Shown piece after piece: positions 40,113 to 49,562 of a DNA stretch of 64,000 nucleotides. Source of the stretch: Candidatus Magasanikiibacteriota bacterium. Lineage in GTDB: Bacteria; Patescibacteriota; Patescibacteriia; Magasanikbacterales; UBA922. The stretch covers positions 7,090-71,089 of the forward strand of contig WJJZ01000006.1 in the NCBI GenBank assembly GCA_014729395.1, written 5' to 3'. A program made the position numbers and the translations under genes. Positions within the stretch are counted from its first letter, which is position 1; the number at the start of each line of letters is the position of its first letter. The notes under the pieces were generated by a model, which saw only the letters and a list, made by a program, of their open reading frames with translations, searched no databases and was not told where the DNA came from.

Positions 40113-41501
40113 ATGAACATCTTATACATCGGAGGAGGTTTTGTCGGGACATGTTCGGCCGCGGTGTCCGCTGATAGTGGCCACAATGTTTTGGTCTATG
40201 ATATTGATGAAAAGAAAATTGATAAGCTAGGTTCATACCAAAAAGACAGGATTGAATCTTGTATGTTTGAGGAAGGCCTTTATGATTTGTTGTCCAGAAA
40301 TAAAGAAAGAATTAAATTTACTTCGGATTATTCCAAAGTAAAGAATTTTCTCGATAAAGCACATGTTGTTTTTATGTGTTTACCAACGCCGGAGATCGGC
40401 GAGACGGGTGAGAGCGATTTAAGTTTTTATTTTGACGCAGCGGAAAAATTGGCAAATACATTAATTAAAAGGCAAGACGGAAAGCAAGATAATTATATTG
40501 TAATTGTAAATAAAAGCACGGTACCGATTGATATGGTTGGCAAGACAAAAGAAATAATGACCCAAGCCGGAGTAAAAAAATTTGGCGTTGTTTCAAACCC
40601 TGAATTTTTGGTTGAGGGTAAAGCGGTTCATGGTTCTGTGAGGCCTGACAGGGTTGTTATTGGTGGAGAGACTGAAAAGGATTTTGAAATAATGCGCAAA
40701 CTTTATGATCGTTTTTACAGTTCTTCCGGTGTAAAATATATTGAGGTTGGGGCAGGAGAAGCGGAAGCGGGTAAGTTACTTTCAAATTATTTATTATTCA
40801 ATAAATTGACTCAGTGTTTTGATGTGGTGGGTCGTACCTGTGAAACTTTTCCGGATTTGAAATTTGAGAACGTCAGAAAAATATTGATTACAGACCCTAG
40901 AATTGGTAATTGGGGTCTATATGATAGTTTGTATGCCGGTGGAAGTTGTTTTATAAAAGACTCCAGATCTTTATCCTATCAATTACAGACGGCAGGCAAA
41001 AATGCCACACTGGTAAATGAGTCTTATTTGGCAAATAAGCGCCAATTGGAATTATTTATAGGTCGTGCAGAGAGAGAATTGGATTATAATTGGGAGGGTA
41101 AAAAGGTGGCCTTACTAGGCTTGGCTTTCAAGCAAGACACGAATGATATTAGGAATGCCCCGAGTATAAATATAGTTAATTTTTTACTTGAGAATAGAGT
41201 GGAAGAAATAAAATGTTATGATCCGGTAGCCAATGGCGATTTTAAAAGATTGTTTGAACAGAGTAAAGAAGTTAAGTATTTTGAAACTGCTCTTGAGGCT
41301 TTACAGGACACAGATGCTGTCATCATAGCTACAGATTGGCCTCAATTTAGGGGTTTATATGACAGTTTGGTCGGACTTTATCGCGGTAAAAAAGGTTTAA
41401 TTATGGACGGTAGACGGATGCTCCAACATAAATATAATGATCTCTCTAGAGAAGGTTTTGATATTATAGCGGTCGGCTCTCCTTTACTTAAAGCTAAATA
41501 A
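40113..41501 (+). CDS. ugd: UDP-glucose 6-dehydrogenase family protein (divergent)
   Basis: GGGFVG, PTP, KSTVP, NPEFL.EG, GGSCFIKD, GLAFK..T.D.R. Confidence 0.82.
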   Translation: MNILYIGGGFVGTCSAAVSADSGHNVLVYDIDEKKIDKLGSYQKDRIESCMFEEGLYDLLSRNKERIKFTSDYSKVKNFLDKAHVVFMCLPTPEIGETGESDLSFYFDAAEKLANTLIKRQDGKQDNYIVIVNKSTVPIDMVGKTKEIMTQAGVKKFGVVSNPEFLVEGKAVHGSVRPDRVVIGGETEKDFEIMRKLYDRFYSSSGVKYIEVGAGEAEAGKLLSNYLLFNKLTQCFDVVGRTCETFPDLKFENVRKILITDPRIGNWGLYDSLYAGGSCFIKDSRSLSYQLQTAGKNATLVNESYLANKRQLELFIGRAERELDYNWEGKKVALLGLAFKQDTNDIRNAPSINIVNFLLENRVEEIKCYDPVANGDFKRLFEQSKEVKYFETALEALQDTDAVIIATDWPQFRGLYDSLVGLYRGKKGLIMDGRRMLQHKYNDLSREGFDIIAVGSPLLKAK

Positions 41502-41504
41502 AAT

Positions 41505-42809
41505 ATGATATTACTTGAAGAACTAAAAACAAAAAAAGAAAAAATTTGTATCGTGGGGCTCGGCTATGTAGGTTTGCCGCTTGCAGTTTTGTTGTCAAAG
41601 AATTTTAATGTTATAGGTTTTGATATAAATGAAGAAAAAATAAATAATTTGAAAAATGGATTAGATAAAACAAACGAAGTTGAAAATCAAGAATTATTAT
41701 CATCCAATGTTGAATTTACAAGTTCACCGGATCGTATAAAAGAAGCAAAATTTATTATAGTGGCTGTACCAACGCCGATTGATAGAAATAAAATTCCCGA
41801 TTTAAGTATTTTAAAAAAGGCAAGTGAATTGGTTGGAAAAAATTTATCCCCCGGTAGTATAATTGTCTATGAATCAACCGTATATCCCGGAGTTACAGAA
41901 GATATATGTGCACCAATTTTAGAGAAATATTCCAATTTAAAAAAAGGAGTTGAATTTAATATTGGTTACTCACCAGAGAGGGTTAACCCGGGAGATAAGA
42001 AGCATACGATTGATAAAATAACAAAGGTTGTTTCAGCCGGTGATCAGCAGTCTCTCGAGGTTGTGGCGGGAATATATGAGAGTATAACATCAGTATTTAA
42101 AGCTAAGTCAATCGCGGTGGCCGAGGCTGCAAAAGTAATCGAAAATACGCAGAGAGATTTAAATATAGCACTTATTAATGAGTTAACAATTCTTTTTAAT
42201 AAGATGGATATTAGTATTTATGATGTTTTAGATGCTGCCGGAACCAAGTGGAATTTTTTAGGATTCAAGCCCGGGTTGGTCGGTGGACATTGTATTGGGG
42301 TGGATCCATATTATCTCACCTTCAAAGCAAGGGAAGTTGAGCATAATCCTGAGGTTATCTTGGCAGGTAGGGGTATAAATGATTCAATGCATAAATATAT
42401 TGCTCACCAAATCATAAAAAAAATGATATTACTTGGTAAAGATGTGAGTACCTCCAAGTTTGTTATTTTTGGATTGACATTTAAAGAAGATGTAAGTGAC
42501 GTAAGAAATTCAAAAGTAGCCGCACTCTATGAAGAATTGAGACAATTTGGAGTCAAACCGATAGTTTATGATCCTTTGGCTGATCCCAAGGATGTGGAAG
42601 AGGAATATGGTATTATATTAACAAAAAAAGAGGACCTGCCCAAAGCTGATACTCTAATAGTGGCTGTTACTCATGATGAATTTAGAAAAATGACTCCTCA
42701 GGAAATAAAAGAATACATGAATGATCATAATTTACTCTTGGTTGATTTTAAAAAAATTTATGATCAAGGGGAAATAGAAAAAGAGGGTATCAATTATTGG
42801 ACACTATAG
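41505..42809 (+). CDS. UDP-N-acetylhexosamine 6-dehydrogenase (WbpO/TviB-like)
   Basis: GLGYVG, ESTVYPG, SPER.NPG, ENTQRD.NIA, GGHCIGVDP. Confidence 0.88.
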   Translation: MILLEELKTKKEKICIVGLGYVGLPLAVLLSKNFNVIGFDINEEKINNLKNGLDKTNEVENQELLSSNVEFTSSPDRIKEAKFIIVAVPTPIDRNKIPDLSILKKASELVGKNLSPGSIIVYESTVYPGVTEDICAPILEKYSNLKKGVEFNIGYSPERVNPGDKKHTIDKITKVVSAGDQQSLEVVAGIYESITSVFKAKSIAVAEAAKVIENTQRDLNIALINELTILFNKMDISIYDVLDAAGTKWNFLGFKPGLVGGHCIGVDPYYLTFKAREVEHNPEVILAGRGINDSMHKYIAHQIIKKMILLGKDVSTSKFVIFGLTFKEDVSDVRNSKVAALYEELRQFGVKPIVYDPLADPKDVEEEYGIILTKKEDLPKADTLIVAVTHDEFRKMTPQEIKEYMNDHNLLLVDFKKIYDQGEIEKEGINYWTL

Positions 42810-42847
42810 TTTTCAAAAAAAATAATCTACCATAATTTAAAATATTT

Positions 42848-43765
42848 ATGTCACATTATCTAGTAACAGGAGGTGCCGGTTTTATTGGCACAAACTTGGT
42901 AAAAAAATTACTTTCAGACGGTCACAAAGTGCGCGTTATTGATAATTATGCCGGTGGTAAAAAAGAAGAGAGAATTCAGCCCGGTGCGGAATATATTGAG
43001 GGTGATATAAGAGATGAGGCTGATTTGGAAAAAGCTTGTTCCGGAGGCATTGATGGCATTTTTCATTTAGCTGCTCTGCCGAGGGTAACTTATTCTGTGG
43101 AAAAACCATGGGAAACGCATGACGTGAACGTAAACGGTACTTTAAAATTGTTACTGGCTGCCAAAGAGCACGGCATAAAAAGATTGGTGTTTTCATCTTC
43201 TTCGTCCACTTATGGAGCTGAAGAAAAAGAATTGTTGTCTGAAGACGACAAAATAAAAAAACCAATCAGTCCTTATGCTCTGCATAAATTGATAGGTGAG
43301 CATTACTGCCGGTTGTTTTCAGAGTTGTATGATTTACAAACAGTAAGTCTAATATATTTTAATGTTTACGGCCCTTATTTTGATCCGGATGGAGCTTATG
43401 CCCTTGTAATTGGAAAATTTTTAAAACAAATCAAAGAAGGAAAGCCAATGACCGTCTGTGGGGATGGGGAATATTATCGTGATTATACACATGTTGATGA
43501 TGTGGTAAAAGCCAATATTCTGGCTATGACGAATGACAATGTGGGAAAGGGTGAGACTATAAATATTGGTAACGGCAAGCCAACCACTGTTAATGAATTG
43601 GTTAGTATAATCGGCGGTCCTCATGAATTTATTCCACCTAGACCCGGTGACCCACGTTTTTCCGGGGCTGATAATACCAAAGCAAAAAAACTCCTTGGTT
43701 GGGAGCCGACAATAAAGCTTGAAGATGGAATAGCGGAATTGAAGAAGGAGATGGGTTTAGAATAA
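42848..43765 (+). CDS. NAD-dependent nucleotide-sugar 4-epimerase (WbpP/TviC-like)
   Basis: [27 protein letters not shown]. Confidence 0.82.
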   Translation: MSHYLVTGGAGFIGTNLVKKLLSDGHKVRVIDNYAGGKKEERIQPGAEYIEGDIRDEADLEKACSGGIDGIFHLAALPRVTYSVEKPWETHDVNVNGTLKLLLAAKEHGIKRLVFSSSSSTYGAEEKELLSEDDKIKKPISPYALHKLIGEHYCRLFSELYDLQTVSLIYFNVYGPYFDPDGAYALVIGKFLKQIKEGKPMTVCGDGEYYRDYTHVDDVVKANILAMTNDNVGKGETINIGNGKPTTVNELVSIIGGPHEFIPPRPGDPRFSGADNTKAKKLLGWEPTIKLEDGIAELKKEMGLE

Positions 43766-43858
43766 CAGTTTACAGTTCTCAGCCACCATTTCACAGACAT
43801 TTATTAAGTTTAAACATAATTAATGTCTGTTGGCTGCGAACTGATAACTGTGAGTTGC
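43765..43858. repeat. Inverted repeat with heptamer arms between convergent genes
   Basis: ACAGTTT ACAGTTC TCAGCCA CCATTTC ACAGACA ... TGTCTGT TGGCTGC GAACTGA TAACTGT GAGTTGC. Confidence 0.7.
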
Positions 43859-45249
43859 TACTGTCCCATCATCCTGACAACCACATTTACAGTTCGAAGT
43901 AATATAGACAGGTCGAGCAAAGCCGATCTGTTTTTTATATAATAAAGATCATATTGTAGTTTTTGTAATGAATCTTCTAAGGTATCGGTATATGATTGAT
44001 GTATTACAGCCCAACCGGTAAGCCCCGGTCTTACAGTATGGCGCAAAGGATAGTATGGCATTTTTTCTTCCAATTTTTTTGTTATTTCCGGCCTTTCAGG
44101 TCTGGGTCCTATTAGTGTTATATCTCTTTTTAACAAATTCAAACACTGCGGCAGTTCGTCCAGTCTTGTTTTACGTAAAAATTTTCCTGTTACGGTTATA
44201 CGCTTGTCATTTTTTTTGGCAAACTGAAAACCATCTATTTCAGCACTGCCATCAGTAGATAAGGCATACATGGATCTGAATTTATACATGGTAAATACCA
44301 AGCCATTCTTACCGACTCTCTTCTGTTTAAAAAAGATCGGTCCTTTTGAATTTATTTTTATTGCAAGTGCAACCAGTGGAAATAAAATTACAAAAAATAG
44401 AGCAAAAATTAATCCCGCACTAAAATCCATAAGGATTCTGAATTTATTGTAAATCGGCTGGTCGCTATTTTTTAAATGTTCCAAAAACCAACCCTCGGAA
44501 AAAACAGTTGGCGTGATTCTACCGGTAATGATTTCATAGAATGTTGGTGTGTCGGTAATATTGACATCCCAAAAAAGAAGTTCATACAATTCTCGAAGAG
44601 CCTCAGAATTTTTTTGTAATTGTGGCGCAATTACAACCAGTTGAGCCGATCTGGTTGAAATTACGGGTCTAATTGTATGCAAACCATGATAAATATCCAA
44701 ATCCGGATATTCATCGCTTCTGATTGTGTGATCGGGATCAATAAAAGCTATGATCTTATAACCTTTTTTAGGGTGTTTTTGAAGGGTATCGATAATTTCC
44801 GGGGTTTCGCGAGTACTGCCAACCATCACAACTTTTGTAACTAATTTTTTTGATCCTACAAATTTATTATATAGAAATCTCCAAAGAGCACTTAAGCTGT
44901 ATCCGAATATAATATTAAGTAATAAAATGGTTTTTGGACTTATTCTTGTGCCGGTAACCAGGTAAAAAAATATCACGCTGATTACAAGAGACATGATAGC
45001 GACCTCAACAAAACGTCTGTAAAATTTCCTATCGTTGGCCTGTTTTGATAAATCATAAAGTCCGTTAATATAATTTACAGTCAACCATAATAAAAAAACT
45101 ATGGAAAAAATAGCCGCATTGTATTCAATGCTTTGCCAAATTGGCAGTTGAAAATGCCTGATGGTGAGACTTAGACCAAGAGCCAACAAAAAAGCAGCCA
45201 AGTCACCGCCCATCAGTATGAATTGTTTTATTCTGTAAATAATTCTCAT
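43858..45249 (-). CDS. Priming polyprenyl-phosphate sugar-1-phosphate transferase (WcaJ/WbaP-like)
   Basis: N-terminal TMs; KFRSM, RLDELPQ, GPRPE, PGLTGWA, YDLYYI. Confidence 0.92.
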   Translation of the reverse strand: MRIIYRIKQFILMGGDLAAFLLALGLSLTIRHFQLPIWQSIEYNAAIFSIVFLLWLTVNYINGLYDLSKQANDRKFYRRFVEVAIMSLVISVIFFYLVTGTRISPKTILLLNIIFGYSLSALWRFLYNKFVGSKKLVTKVVMVGSTRETPEIIDTLQKHPKKGYKIIAFIDPDHTIRSDEYPDLDIYHGLHTIRPVISTRSAQLVVIAPQLQKNSEALRELYELLFWDVNITDTPTFYEIITGRITPTVFSEGWFLEHLKNSDQPIYNKFRILMDFSAGLIFALFFVILFPLVALAIKINSKGPIFFKQKRVGKNGLVFTMYKFRSMYALSTDGSAEIDGFQFAKKNDKRITVTGKFLRKTRLDELPQCLNLLKRDITLIGPRPERPEITKKLEEKMPYYPLRHTVRPGLTGWAVIHQSYTDTLEDSLQKLQYDLYYIKNRSALLDLSILLRTVNVVVRMMGQ

Positions 45250-45341
45250 AAATCAATAATGGAATTTAACCATAAAATCAGTCAAAATTCAATACCCTGT
45301 AAACATTGATTAAATGCTTATTTAAAGTTATAATAATAGAT

Positions 45342-47345
45342 ATGACTGAGTTAATCAAAAAAAGAATAATATTTTTCTTGACTTTTTTTATTTTAAGTTT
45401 GTTTTTCGGATTGTTAAAACCGGTACAAGCTTTTTTTCCGAATGATGAATATGTTGAGCAATGGGCATATAGTGATACTAAGGTATATGAAGCTTGGAAT
45501 TATGCTACCGGTACCGAAGATGTTGTAGTAGCCATAATTGATAATGGTTTTGATACTTTTCATCCGGATATTAGAGAAAACGCGTGGAAAAATGAAGATG
45601 AAATTGAATACAATGGAATCGATGATGACGCCAACGGTTACATTGATGATGTATGGGGTTGGAATTTTGTTAATGATAATAATATTCCAAGACCAAATGT
45701 ATCCAGATTAACAGATGAAGAAAGACAAAGGGGCGTTTTTAATCATGCAACCGCAATAGCCGGGATAATAGGTGCGGCCGGCAATAATGCTAAAGATGGT
45801 GTCGGATTGAATTGGAAAGTAAAATTGATGAATCTAAAAGCTCTTGGCAATAGCGGTAGTGGTGACATGAGCAAAGTTTATGAAGCGATCATTTATGCGG
45901 TTGATAACGGAGCGGATATAATCAATATCAGTGTGGTTGGTTATGCTGCCGAAGAGTTGAAACAGGCAATCAAATATGCCTATGACAATAATGTACTCGT
46001 TTTTGCAGCCGCCGGAAACGAGGATATTTTTTTTGAAAATATTTTAAGATATCCGGTTTGTGCCGATCTGGGAGAAGATGAACAATGGGTAATCGGAGTG
46101 AGTGCGGTTGATTCCAGGCATTTTATTGCCCCTTTTTCAAATTATGGTGCAGGGTGTATTGACATTACCGCTCCCGGAGTTGATATCGCCAGTACCCTAA
46201 GGTATTCACCAACAAATGGTTTAAGTGAGAGATTTGGTGGTAGTTGGAGCGGCACTTCATTTGCGGTTCCTTTTGTTAGTGGTGCGGCGGCATTGGTAAA
46301 GTCGGTACAACCGGATTGGGGACCAAAACAAATCTATAATGTATTATTAAATTCGGTTCATCACACACCCGGTCAGAATGAAGAAGCATATGCACACCTT
46401 TTTGGAGCCGGACTGTTGCAGATTGATACGGCTGTAAAAACAGCTTTGGGAGAAAATCTTTACAGTCATTCTATAAAGAGTATAAGCTTGTTTAATAGTC
46501 TGGAGAGTAATTTGGTTAAAATAGACGGCTTTGCTTCTCCTGTGATAAATGAAAAAACTCCCGATTTGAGTAATATTTATGATATGGATGTTTTTAGAAA
46601 TGATAATGGCAAGCTTGGTTATGTTACTATTGAGCGACACAAAAAAGGTTTAGCAAAAGTAAATATATATGATAATAATTGGGTTTTAATTGATAGTTGG
46701 TTGACTGAATCCTGGGGTAGAATGACCATAAAAGTTGCCAATGTTGCTGTTGAGAATGGTGATGAGATTATCATATCACCAAAATTTTTTGACAATGAGG
46801 TTTTTAGAGTACTGAATTTTAGCGGTCAAGAAATTGGTAGTTATGAATTACTAGGATCTCATCGGGGTGTAAGTTTATCTTTTATTGACACGGATAATTC
46901 TTTGCAGCATATTTTGGTAAAATATCGATTTGACGATTTGGTCAGATTTGAGGAATTTAATTATTCCTTTGAAAAAATTAATAGTATTGATCTGCCATTT
47001 TTGAAGGATAATGGCTCTATAGATAGTGGTGATATAGATGGTGATGGGGAGCAGGAAATTGTTGTTTCAGCCAGTGAAGGCGATGCCCCTTTTATTGCCT
47101 ATTATGAAAGGGATGGAACTATGATAAAAAGATTTTTCAGTTATGATTTATCAGTACGGGGCGGAGTGCAAATAGTGGTAAGCGATGTTAATAATGATGG
47201 TAAAGATGACATATTAAGCATTAATAGAACAGGCCGAGATGAAGTTATTAAAGTGTGGGATGAAGAGGGCAAGAAAATTGACGAATTAAATTTTACATAC
47301 GAAGGGACTACACCCATATGGAAAATATTAATTAGCAAACAATAA
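45342..47345 (+). CDS. Secreted S8 subtilase with C-terminal FG-GAP-like repeats
   Basis: Signal peptide; triad IIDNG / NHATAIAG / GTSFA; GDIDGDG and DVNNDG repeats. Confidence 0.88.
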   Translation: MTELIKKRIIFFLTFFILSLFFGLLKPVQAFFPNDEYVEQWAYSDTKVYEAWNYATGTEDVVVAIIDNGFDTFHPDIRENAWKNEDEIEYNGIDDDANGYIDDVWGWNFVNDNNIPRPNVSRLTDEERQRGVFNHATAIAGIIGAAGNNAKDGVGLNWKVKLMNLKALGNSGSGDMSKVYEAIIYAVDNGADIINISVVGYAAEELKQAIKYAYDNNVLVFAAAGNEDIFFENILRYPVCADLGEDEQWVIGVSAVDSRHFIAPFSNYGAGCIDITAPGVDIASTLRYSPTNGLSERFGGSWSGTSFAVPFVSGAAALVKSVQPDWGPKQIYNVLLNSVHHTPGQNEEAYAHLFGAGLLQIDTAVKTALGENLYSHSIKSISLFNSLESNLVKIDGFASPVINEKTPDLSNIYDMDVFRNDNGKLGYVTIERHKKGLAKVNIYDNNWVLIDSWLTESWGRMTIKVANVAVENGDEIIISPKFFDNEVFRVLNFSGQEIGSYELLGSHRGVSLSFIDTDNSLQHILVKYRFDDLVRFEEFNYSFEKINSIDLPFLKDNGSIDSGDIDGDGEQEIVVSASEGDAPFIAYYERDGTMIKRFFSYDLSVRGGVQIVVSDVNNDGKDDILSINRTGRDEVIKVWDEEGKKIDELNFTYEGTTPIWKILISKQ

Positions 47346-47349
47346 AAAT

Positions 47350-48375
47350 ATGCCAAATGACAAACCAATTTTTGAAAAAAAGAATATTTTAGTAACAGGG
47401 GGTGCGGGTTTTTTGGGCTCCCATCTATGCGAAAAATTATTGGAGTCGGGAAAAATAATATGTATGGATGATCTTTCAAACTCTTCGATTCAAAATATTG
47501 ACCACTTGTTGCAATACCCAGACTTTGAGTTCATAAAATATAATGTTAACGAACCGATTGACCTATCTGCTTTCGAAGAATTGGATAAATTTAGGATAAA
47601 ATATCAGGGCATTCAAGAGATCTATCATTTGGCATGTCCAACAAGCCCAAAGAATTTTGAAGATTTAAAAATTCATTCATTAAAAGCAAATTCAAATTCA
47701 GTTATAAACACATTGGAATTATCTGCGAAATACAAAGCTAAATACTTGTTTGCTTCCAGTTCGGTCGTATACGGAGACGCAACAGAAGAAAATTCTATGT
47801 TTTCCGAAGATTATGAGGGAAGGGTAAATCATTTGTCTCCGCGAGCTTGTTATGATGAGGGGAAAAGATTTGCGGAAACTTGTGTAGCTACTTACAAACA
47901 GGTTTATAATATAGATGCCAATATTGCCAGGATTTTTACCACCTATGGTCCGAGAATGAAACTGCGGGATGGTCTTCTTATTCCTGATTTTATCCTGGAT
48001 GCGCTCGATGGTCGTGATTTGGTAATATACGGAGATGAAACTTTGACTCAATCTCTATGTTTTGTGTCTGATATGATCGATGGTCTGGTAAGGTTGATGA
48101 ATTCTGACGAGAGTGTTTCTATTGTAAATTTAGGTTCAGATCAAATTGTTAAAATGGCTGATGTAGCGCGTAAGATTATCGAGATGACCGATTCCAGCTC
48201 AAAAATTATTTTTGAAGAGCCATTGATGTTTTTGACAAAAAAAGGTACTCCGGATTTGCGTACGGCAAAAGAGCAGCTGGGTTGGATACCGCTTGTCAGA
48301 CTGGAAGATGGTTTGAAAAAAACTATTGATTATGCTATAGCAAATAGAGAGATATTAACTTTAAATAACAAATAA
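47350..48375 (+). CDS. UXS-like NAD-dependent epimerase/decarboxylase (divergent active site)
   Basis: GGAGFLG, LACPTSP, ASSSVVYG, YDEGKR. Confidence 0.82.
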   Translation: MPNDKPIFEKKNILVTGGAGFLGSHLCEKLLESGKIICMDDLSNSSIQNIDHLLQYPDFEFIKYNVNEPIDLSAFEELDKFRIKYQGIQEIYHLACPTSPKNFEDLKIHSLKANSNSVINTLELSAKYKAKYLFASSSVVYGDATEENSMFSEDYEGRVNHLSPRACYDEGKRFAETCVATYKQVYNIDANIARIFTTYGPRMKLRDGLLIPDFILDALDGRDLVIYGDETLTQSLCFVSDMIDGLVRLMNSDESVSIVNLGSDQIVKMADVARKIIEMTDSSSKIIFEEPLMFLTKKGTPDLRTAKEQLGWIPLVRLEDGLKKTIDYAIANREILTLNNK

Positions 48376-48376
48376 T

Positions 48377-49036
48377 ATGCTAGTTGCGGTTGTACCGGCT
48401 TACAACGAAGAAAAACGAATAGGTTCCGTCATCCGGGACCTTTTTGAGCATGTTGATAAAGTACTAGTGGTTGACGATGCTTCTACTGACAACACGTTCC
48501 AAGAGGCTCGTAAAGCCGGTGCGATAGTTTTGAAGCATGTTTTGAACCGAGGTCAGGGTGCAGCCCTGCAAACGGGTCATGAGTATGCTAATATTATAGG
48601 CGCAGACTATGTAATTCATTTTGATGGTGACGGTCAGTTCAGTACCAAAGATATATCCGGTGCCATGCAACACATGCAAGAAGCTGAAGTTGATGTTTTA
48701 TTGGGTTCCAGATTTTTACAAAAAAAATCTAACATACCGTGGTTTAAAGCCAAAATTCTTTTGCCTCTCGGCAGAATAATAAATAATTTATTTAGTGGAT
48801 TGAAATTGTCTGATGCTCATAATGGTTTTAGAATCTTAAACAGAAAGGCGTTTAATAAAATTAAAATTAATCAAGATAGAATGGCCCATGCAACTGAGAT
48901 ACCGGCACAAATAAAAAAATATAATTTGAAATATGTTGAATTTCCCATTGAAGTTAAGTATTATGAATATGGACAAAACATGGCCGGTGGTTTTAAAATA
49001 TTAAGAGATTTATTATTGGGTAAATTTTTGAGATAA
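48377..49036 (+). CDS. GT2 DPM1-like glycosyltransferase
   Basis: PAYNE, DDAS.D, GQGAA, DGDGQ, D.HNGFR. Confidence 0.88.
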   Translation: MLVAVVPAYNEEKRIGSVIRDLFEHVDKVLVVDDASTDNTFQEARKAGAIVLKHVLNRGQGAALQTGHEYANIIGADYVIHFDGDGQFSTKDISGAMQHMQEAEVDVLLGSRFLQKKSNIPWFKAKILLPLGRIINNLFSGLKLSDAHNGFRILNRKAFNKIKINQDRMAHATEIPAQIKKYNLKYVEFPIEVKYYEYGQNMAGGFKILRDLLLGKFLR

Positions 49037-49046
49037 ATCAGGTATT

Positions 49047-49152
49047 GAATTTTAAATTTCGAATTTTGAATTTAGAATCAATTTTGAATAATTTAATTTA
49101 TAATTAAGTTATTAGTAATTCAATCAAAATTCAAAATTTTAAATTCAAAATT
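49047..49152. repeat. Inverted repeat with heptamer arms
   Basis: GAATTTT AAATTTC GAATTTT GAATTTA ... CAAAATT CAAAATT TTAAATT CAAAATT directly before ATG. Confidence 0.75.
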
Positions 49153-49482
49153 ATGTTAATCTTATTTCAAATTTTGTTCATACTTTTTGCCGGTTTTGCG
49201 GTTTTTAATGTTATTTCTCGCAAGCGGAGTGGTCTACTTGGTCAGAGAGCGGTATTTTTTTGGATATTTTTTTGGATTTTGGGTGTGATTGTGGTGATCT
49301 GGCCGAATAGTAGTTCTATTTTAGCGGCATATTTGGGAATAGGTAGGGGAACCGATTTGGTAATATATATTTCTTTGGCTTTGCTTTTTTTCTTGGTATT
49401 TAAATTAAATGTTAAGTTGGACTCACTAAATCGTGATTTGACAAAAATAGTAAGAAAAGACGCATTGGATAATAATGAATAA
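49153..49482 (+). CDS. DUF2304-family membrane protein
   Basis: Three TMs, GIGRGTD, follows DPM1-like GT2. Confidence 0.8.
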   Translation: MLILFQILFILFAGFAVFNVISRKRSGLLGQRAVFFWIFFWILGVIVVIWPNSSSILAAYLGIGRGTDLVIYISLALLFFLVFKLNVKLDSLNRDLTKIVRKDALDNNE

Positions 49483-49483
49483 C

Positions 49484-49557
49484 TTGGTAGTAAGTTGTAG
49501 AGTTGTAAGTAGTAAGTTAAAAAATTTATAACTCTAGAACTTTCTACTTACAACTGT
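49484..49557. repeat. Inverted repeat with heptamer arms
   Basis: TAAGTTG TAGAGTTG TAAGTAG TAAGTTA ... TAACTCTA GAACTTT CTACTTA CAACTGT. Confidence 0.7.
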
Positions 49558-49562
49558 TAGAT

